Origin: an uncultured Verrucomicrobiae bacterium
GTDB taxonomy: Bacteria; Verrucomicrobiota; Verrucomicrobiia; Chthoniobacterales; JAFAMB01
DNA: 64,000 bases
NCBI GenBank assembly: GCA_963762565.1
Contig: CAVXLD010000013.1
Location: 104,721-168,720 of the forward strand
Direction: 5' to 3'
Both the position numbers and the translations under genes were made by a program. Positions within the stretch are counted from its first letter, which is position 1; each line of letters opens with the position of its first letter. Of the stretch, positions 58,560 to 64,000 are shown in pieces. The notes beneath the pieces are model-generated. The model worked only from the letters and a program-made list of their open reading frames with translations, was not told the DNA's origin and searched no databases.

Positions 58560-59196
58560 GACCACGCACCAAACCCCTTCGGATTGCCGTCGATACTGCT
58601 TCTGAGCGGCTAATAACATCCAGCTTATAAAAGATGCTCTTCACGTGAGTCTTGACTGTCCCCTCAGTGATAAAAAGCTTTGAGCCGATCTCTTTGTTAG
58701 ATTTGCCTTCGCACATCTGGCGTAGTACCTCGAGTTCCCGCTCGGTCAGTTCAGCTCGGAAAGCAAACGTGGCCAGTTTTCCCCCTAGTTTTGCGGGCAA
58801 GTAGTTTGCACCTTGGGATACGGTTCGGATTGCATCGGCGATTTCTTCTTTTTCAGCTTCCTTCAGCAAGTAACCCTTGGCGCCAGCCTTCAGGCTTTGC
58901 TTCAGATCTTCCTCGTTGTCGAATGTGGTGAGGATGATTACTTTCGCTTGGAACTTACTCACTAGCTCGCGTGCGACCTGGATCCCGTCCTGCTTCGGCA
59001 TGCGAAGGTCCAATAGCAAGACGTCGGGCAACAACCTGGCATATTCTTCGCAAGCCTGTTCTCCATCTTCGGCGAAACCGACAAACTCAAAGTCCGGTTC
59101 CTCGCCCAGCACCGTGACCAGGCCCTCGCGAACGATCAAATGGTCGTCCGCCAACATGATACGGATCTTGTTCTCTTGTTTATCGGTTGTTTTCAT
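58552..59196 (-). CDS. NarL/FixJ family response regulator (REC plus LuxR HTH)
   Basis: DDH, LLDLRMP and LTERE...SNKEI...TVKTH motifs. Confidence 0.95.
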   Translation of the reverse strand: MKTTDKQENKIRIMLADDHLIVREGLVTVLGEEPDFEFVGFAEDGEQACEEYARLLPDVLLLDLRMPKQDGIQVARELVSKFQAKVIILTTFDNEEDLKQSLKAGAKGYLLKEAEKEEIADAIRTVSQGANYLPAKLGGKLATFAFRAELTERELEVLRQMCEGKSNKEIGSKLFITEGTVKTHVKSIFYKLDVISRSEAVSTAIRRGLVRGHG

Positions 59197-59344
59197 TTTC
59201 TCTTTTCCGGTTGCCGATCGGCATCAGCTTTTCGCGCATGGGGAGACACCCCGGACTGCCCATGCAACACCGCCACGAAAAGCCCGGGAGCCATGTAGCC
59301 CCAGAAAACGCCAGCCAACAAACTATCGGACAGATTATTCGGTT

Positions 59345-59371
59345 GTAATCTCCCTCTTTCGAGGGAATTAC
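59345..59371. promoter_or_regulatory. Palindromic operator candidate upstream of the response regulator
   Basis: GTAATCTCCCTCTTTCGAGGGAATTAC; core TCCCTC-N4-GAGGGA is related to the 47135 and 53700 sites. Confidence 0.55.
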
Positions 59372-59432
59372 AGATTCGAGGTTCGAGGCATACTACACCC
59401 AGGTATAGCCGGCGAAAGGGCTTTCACCGCCT

Positions 59433-59726
59433 AGTGTCCTGTCCCACAAATAACGTGGCTTTCGCCGTCGGTCAGTTGGCTGTTTTTCAAGGCGTGAGCG
59501 AAGTGCCCATATCTGGTTCATACGGGCCGATCCGCCGCGGCGGAGGAAAAACAGCCAACTGGCCACGGCCCGGAGCGTTGCGATGAAAATGGGCCGGCGG
59601 CTGCGTTGCTCGTCGGTTACGTATCAATCTAGATATGCGCCTCTACCGCCAGTCCGGCTCGGACCGCCTTGCCGGCGGCCCATTTTGATCGCAACGAAAG
59701 CCACGTTATTTGTGGGACAGGACACC
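59433..59726. mobile_element. MITE-like element, terminal-repeat type B, copy 2
   Basis: Perfect 31 bp inverted repeats; closely similar to 24934-25226. Confidence 0.85.
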
Positions 59727-59800
59727 AGGGGTGGAGTTGTCCAATTATTCGTCGAGCGGAACTGGCGGCGAGAACCGACAACGATTAGAGTTCGCGCTGA

Positions 59801-60934
59801 ATGGACCCGGTTACCCTCGAAGGTAGGCAGGCTCCGGCACAGCACCCCCAATCCCGATCGCCGAAAGAAGCGCTTACTGCTATTCGACACTATGGCCTAG
59901 CAGTGCTCGCCGTTGCTGTAGCGGTGGGCTTAGCACTGTTGTTTCAACAGTTTCAGTTCCGTGACGTGGAGGTCCCTCTTTTCCTTTTTGGCCTCGCCAT
60001 TGCCGCCTGGTTCGGCGGGCTTGGAGCTGCCCTTCTGGCCTGGGTGCTTTCGTGTCTCAGCTTCGACTATTTCTTCGTACCACCGATTCATACCCTTGCC
60101 GTTGAGCCAAGCGAGATCCCTTACTTTGCCATATTTGCCGTCTTTGCGAGCCTGGTGACGTGGTTTAGCACCGTTCGACGCCGAGTTGAACGCGACCTTC
60201 GTCAGGCCCGCGATGACTTGCAAAAACGAAGTGTTCAACTTGAGGCGAGCAACAAAGAACTGGAAGCGTTTGCTTATTCCGTCTCCCACGACCTTCGGGC
60301 TCCACTTCGTCATATGGCGGGGTTTTCGGAGCTTCTCCAAAAAAACAGCGCCCAAGTTTTCGACGATAAGAGCAAACGCTATGTTGGGGTGATCCTGGAG
60401 TCTGCTAAAAAAATGGGGGCTCTTATCGATGATCTCCTGGCGTTTTCTAGAATCGGCCGGGCTGAAACCAATAAGACGACAATCAACCTGGGGCAACTGG
60501 TAGAAGAAGCTCTGGCCGAAGTTCGACGTGACGTCGGCGATCGCAAAATTGTGTGGAAGGTCGGAAAGATACCCACTGGTTACGGAGACCGGGCGATGGT
60601 GCGGCTGGCGTTGGTCAATCTGATTTCCAACGCGGTAAAGTTTACCCGCACGCGAACGCCGGCCGAAATCGAGATCGGACAGATGCCCGCAACCGATGAT
60701 CAGGTGGTCATTTTTGTCCGAGACAATGGCGTTGGCTTTGATATGAAATATGTTGGCAAACTTTTCGGCGTGTTCCAACGTCTTCACTCGACGGAGGCGT
60801 TTGAGGGGACCGGCATCGGTTTGGCGACTGTGCAACGGATTGCGCACCGGCACGGCGGGAGGGCTTGGGGCGAAGGTTCGCTGAACCAGGGAGCCACGTT
60901 TTACCTTTCAATATCCAAATCGCAGCAAAATTAA
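59801..60934 (+). CDS. Membrane histidine kinase (DUF4118-type TM region plus HisKA/HATPase)
   Basis: FAYSVSHDLRAPLR, NLISNAVKF, DNGVGF and GTGIGL motifs. Confidence 0.92.
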   Translation: MDPVTLEGRQAPAQHPQSRSPKEALTAIRHYGLAVLAVAVAVGLALLFQQFQFRDVEVPLFLFGLAIAAWFGGLGAALLAWVLSCLSFDYFFVPPIHTLAVEPSEIPYFAIFAVFASLVTWFSTVRRRVERDLRQARDDLQKRSVQLEASNKELEAFAYSVSHDLRAPLRHMAGFSELLQKNSAQVFDDKSKRYVGVILESAKKMGALIDDLLAFSRIGRAETNKTTINLGQLVEEALAEVRRDVGDRKIVWKVGKIPTGYGDRAMVRLALVNLISNAVKFTRTRTPAEIEIGQMPATDDQVVIFVRDNGVGFDMKYVGKLFGVFQRLHSTEAFEGTGIGLATVQRIAHRHGGRAWGEGSLNQGATFYLSISKSQQN

Positions 60935-60937
60935 CTT

Positions 60938-61399
60938 ATGAGCGCTATCGGACGTATCTTGCTGGTTGAAGACGACCCCCACGATGTCGAACTCACGATG
61001 ACGGCTTTAGAGGATTATCATTTGGCTAACGAGGTAGTGATAACTCGCGATGGTGCGGAAGCGCTCGATTATCTCTATCGGCGAGGCGCCTATGCTAATC
61101 GTCCGAATGGCAGCCCAGCGGTTCTGCTTTTGGATTTGAAACTGCCCAAAGTCGACGGATTAGAAGTGCTTCAACAGATTAAACGAGATGACAAGCTCCG
61201 GTTAATTCCGGTGGTGGTGCTGACCTCGTCCCGTGAAGAGCGAGACATGGTCGCTAGCTACCGGCTGGGGGTGAATGCCTATGTGGTAAAGCCGGTGGAT
61301 TTTCACGAATTCGTCAACGCCATTAAAGAACTGGGAGTCTTCTGGGCAATCATCAATGAGCCACCCCCAGGAAGTATCAAGAAAACTGGCGATGCGTAG
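60938..61399 (+). CDS. Single-domain response regulator (Rcp1-like)
   Basis: ILLVED, LLDLKLPKVDG and YVVKPV motifs. Confidence 0.93.
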   Translation: MSAIGRILLVEDDPHDVELTMTALEDYHLANEVVITRDGAEALDYLYRRGAYANRPNGSPAVLLLDLKLPKVDGLEVLQQIKRDDKLRLIPVVVLTSSREERDMVASYRLGVNAYVVKPVDFHEFVNAIKELGVFWAIINEPPPGSIKKTGDA

Positions 61400-61493
61400 T
61401 GCGCCCGTCGTTACGACTATCCATGGGCTCGAATAAAAACAATCGAGTTTTCTCTCTGTCTCCCGAATTTGGGGGTTGGGCAGGCAGCAGGGA

Positions 61494-63047
61494 ATGAAAG
61501 CAGCCCTCCGCGTACTGTACCTGGAAGATGAGCCCAGAGATGCGGACCTTGTCCATGAGACACTCGCGGCCGATGGCATCGAATCCGAGATAATCAGAGT
61601 TGAAACCGAGACCGGATTTATAAGTGCGCTTGAACAGGGCGGCTTTGATCTAATTCTCGCTGACTACACTCTGCCATCGTTCGATGGTCTTTCGGCGCTC
61701 GAAATTGCCCAGAAGAGCTGGCCGGAGTTGCCGTTGATCTTTGTCTCCGGAACCTTGGGTGAAGAACTCGCCATCGAAGCACTGAAAAAAGGTGCTACCG
61801 ACTATGTGGTCAAGACGCGGTTATCCAGGATCGTGCCGTCCGTTCAACGGGCTTTGAGAGAGGCCCAAGAACGCAGCGATCTCACCCGGGCTCAAGAAGC
61901 TCTCCGCCAAAGTGAAGCTTACTTGGCGGAGGCGCAGAGAATCAGTCACATCGGTAGCTTCGGTTGGGATGTTGTCAGTGGCAGGATCTATTGGTCGCAG
62001 GAGACCTATCGTATTTTCGAATATGATCTGGCCAGTGAACCGAGATTAGAACTGGTTTTCGCTCGAGTTCACCCGGAAGACAAAGCGATGGTGCAGCAGT
62101 TAGTCGACCGGGTTTCGAATGAGAAAACCGATTTCGATTTCGAGCATCGCTTGTTGATGCCGAATGGTTCCGTTAAATACCTGCGGGTTGCCGGTCGTCC
62201 GGCGAAAGGTAATTCGGGCGGCTATGAGTTCATGGGGCTCGTCTCAGACATAACGGAACGTAAATTGGGCGAGGAAGCGTTGCAGAAGGCGCAAGCGGAG
62301 CTCACTCATGTCACCCGGGTAACGACGTTGGGAGAGCTAACCGCGTCGATCGCGCATGAAATCAATCAGCCGTTGACCGCAATCGTGAACAACGCCAACG
62401 CCGGTCTGCGGTGGTTGTCGAACGAATCACCTGATATCGGCGAAACCCGCGAAGCGATTCGCCGTATCATCCGCGATGGAAACCGGGCAGGCGACGTGAT
62501 TTCAAGGATGCGGGCGCTCTTTAAGAAAGCTCCCATGACAAAGGAGCGATTTGATATCAACGAGGCGATAGAAGAAGTAGTGGCCATGACCCAGGCCGAA
62601 GCGCAAAGGAATCGCGTCCTCGTTCGTACCCGGCTCGGAGCGGAGGTACCATCGATTTTTGGAGATAGAGTTCAATTGCAACAGGTGGTGCTCAATCTCC
62701 TGATCAACGCAATCGAAGCCATGAGTGCAACGAACGAAGGCCGGCGAGAACTTCTAGTAAGCACCCAAAGAAAGAGTGAGACCAAAGCGGTGACGAGCGG
62801 AATCGGTTGTTCAACGGACGAGAACGCCAACGTCGTAGTTGCGGTGCGAGATTCCGGTCCCGGCCTCCATCCTGACAGCCAGAACCAGCTTTTCAACGCG
62901 TTCTACACAACCAAACCCAAAGGCCTCGGCATGGGCCTCGCGGTTAGCCGCTCAATCATCGAAGCGCACAGAGGGAGTCTGGAAGCCCTTCCCAACGATG
63001 GTCCCGGCGCGACTTTCCAGTTCACTCTGCCTGTTTTGCGTGGTTGA
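61494..63047 (+). CDS. Hybrid REC-PAS histidine kinase
   Basis: N-terminal receiver, PAS domain, SIAHEINQPL and GLGMGL motifs. Confidence 0.92.
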   Translation: MKAALRVLYLEDEPRDADLVHETLAADGIESEIIRVETETGFISALEQGGFDLILADYTLPSFDGLSALEIAQKSWPELPLIFVSGTLGEELAIEALKKGATDYVVKTRLSRIVPSVQRALREAQERSDLTRAQEALRQSEAYLAEAQRISHIGSFGWDVVSGRIYWSQETYRIFEYDLASEPRLELVFARVHPEDKAMVQQLVDRVSNEKTDFDFEHRLLMPNGSVKYLRVAGRPAKGNSGGYEFMGLVSDITERKLGEEALQKAQAELTHVTRVTTLGELTASIAHEINQPLTAIVNNANAGLRWLSNESPDIGETREAIRRIIRDGNRAGDVISRMRALFKKAPMTKERFDINEAIEEVVAMTQAEAQRNRVLVRTRLGAEVPSIFGDRVQLQQVVLNLLINAIEAMSATNEGRRELLVSTQRKSETKAVTSGIGCSTDENANVVVAVRDSGPGLHPDSQNQLFNAFYTTKPKGLGMGLAVSRSIIEAHRGSLEALPNDGPGATFQFTLPVLRG

Positions 63048-63104
63048 TGCCCCTCTTGTTGAGAGTGCGTTTTCGGTAGCGGCCTCAGTTTAGGCGCGAA
63101 GCGC

Positions 63105-63299
63105 TCATTTGGCTCCACTCTGTTCTCCGGGCTGGGCAAGCCTCAAGATATAAGCCAGCCTAGCATCGTATTCATCGCAAATAGGAGAGTTGCCGTTCGG
63201 CTCTACCCATTCGGGATGCTGCGACCGTAATGATGCCCGGATCAACGCTCGTAATTCAGCGTAGCTGCGGACATTTTTATCTGGTTTCACGACAACCAT
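63105..63299 (-). CDS. Small hypothetical protein (LR.QHPEWV.PNG.SP.CD.Y.ARL type)
   Basis: 64 aa; motif recalled from Verrucomicrobia small proteins, not verified. Confidence 0.6.
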   Translation of the reverse strand: MVVVKPDKNVRSYAELRALIRASLRSQHPEWVEPNGNSPICDEYDARLAYILRLAQPGEQSGAK

Positions 63300-63303
63300 G
63301 GGT

Positions 63304-63573
63304 CTAAGCCTGAGGCCGCGCGGCGAGCCGTATTGGTTCAGATTGGTGGTGTAGCTCGGCCGCAGTGAGCGCTCGCCACATACCGTACCAGGCATTGCTT
63401 GGACCGGACCACACTCGTTGCCACATTGCGCGACGGCGAGCTCGCATCGCGGCTTTTCTGTCCTGCATGGCCAGCAAGTAGCCAAGTGCACCACTTTGAG
63501 TAAGGGTCGGGATTGCCGCGGTATCAGGATACCGTAGTCGATATTCATGAACAGTTTCGATCGTCCGATACAT
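63304..63573 (-). CDS. Small hypothetical protein
   Basis: 89 aa ORF with AAGGA RBS; 4 nt gap to the next gene. Confidence 0.5.
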   Translation of the reverse strand: MYRTIETVHEYRLRYPDTAAIPTLTQSGALGYLLAMQDRKAAMRARRRAMWQRVWSGPSNAWYGMWRALTAAELHHQSEPIRLAARPQA

Positions 63574-64000
63574 AGTCGTCCTTTTGTTAGCAGTTAATTG
63601 CGTTTCCAGAGTCCATGATCAGTTTCCATGCCACTCAAGTTTGCTAACGCGTAACTCGGCTGAAATAAGCGACTTACGTTACATATCAGTCGAGCATTCG
63701 CCCGAGACTAATTCTTGTACGTTCGAAGAATCGTTCGTGGCGGAATGCTTGGTAGGGCGAGGCGGCCGGAATAGTTGTGTCGTGTTCACAACGCGGCGGA
63801 AGTTCGACGTTAGCGTGGACGGCTTGGGCCGAAAGGCTGCCGAGCCGTGGTTCTATCGGGATTCCAGCTGAAGAATCGTCCGGGCAATGGTGGTTCGCGA
63901 TAGACCTCGGCTCGGCAGTTTCGAGTCCTAACCACGGCGAACGGATCATTCCAAATCAGCGCCGCGGCGAATGATCAGAGGCATTTCCGGAGCCTCGCCC

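Noticed and set aside
17308..64000. Genomic island integrated at tRNA-Ser
   Set aside because: No integrase and no duplicated tRNA 3' end found in the window, although gene content becomes accessory afterwards

Overview
This is a 64 kb, GC-rich bacterial chromosomal window. Gene families and repeat style suggest a soil Verrucomicrobiota/Chthoniobacterales-like genome, which is inferred and not verified. The left part (1-17.4 kb) is core-like: PCMT, GT2, L,D-transpeptidase, class II ribonucleotide reductase nrdJ with NrdR boxes, glgX, oligopeptidase B, an ECF sigma/anti-sigma/RDD operon and tRNA-Ser(GCT). The rest is an accessory mosaic of catabolic enzymes, a TauT/NitT-type ABC transporter, an autotransporter, poxB, osmC, several gene remnants and two signalling clusters. 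The most unusual region is 43.7-59.4 kb. There, two giant beta-propeller/Y_Y_Y sensor kinases, a GAF kinase and a NarL-type regulator bracket a modular cassette of tail-anchored micro-proteins, a stand-alone condensation-domain enzyme, a methyltransferase and a small lipoprotein ending in YEWFY. The same YEWFY tail occurs on an unrelated YHS protein at 36 kb, and three promoters in the region share a conserved architecture. Intergenic DNA is dense with REP/REPIN-like families, nested repeats and a ~290 bp structured element with two alternative terminal inverted repeats. One REP-like unit is amplified in frame inside glgX. No transposase, integrase, CRISPR array or rRNA was seen.
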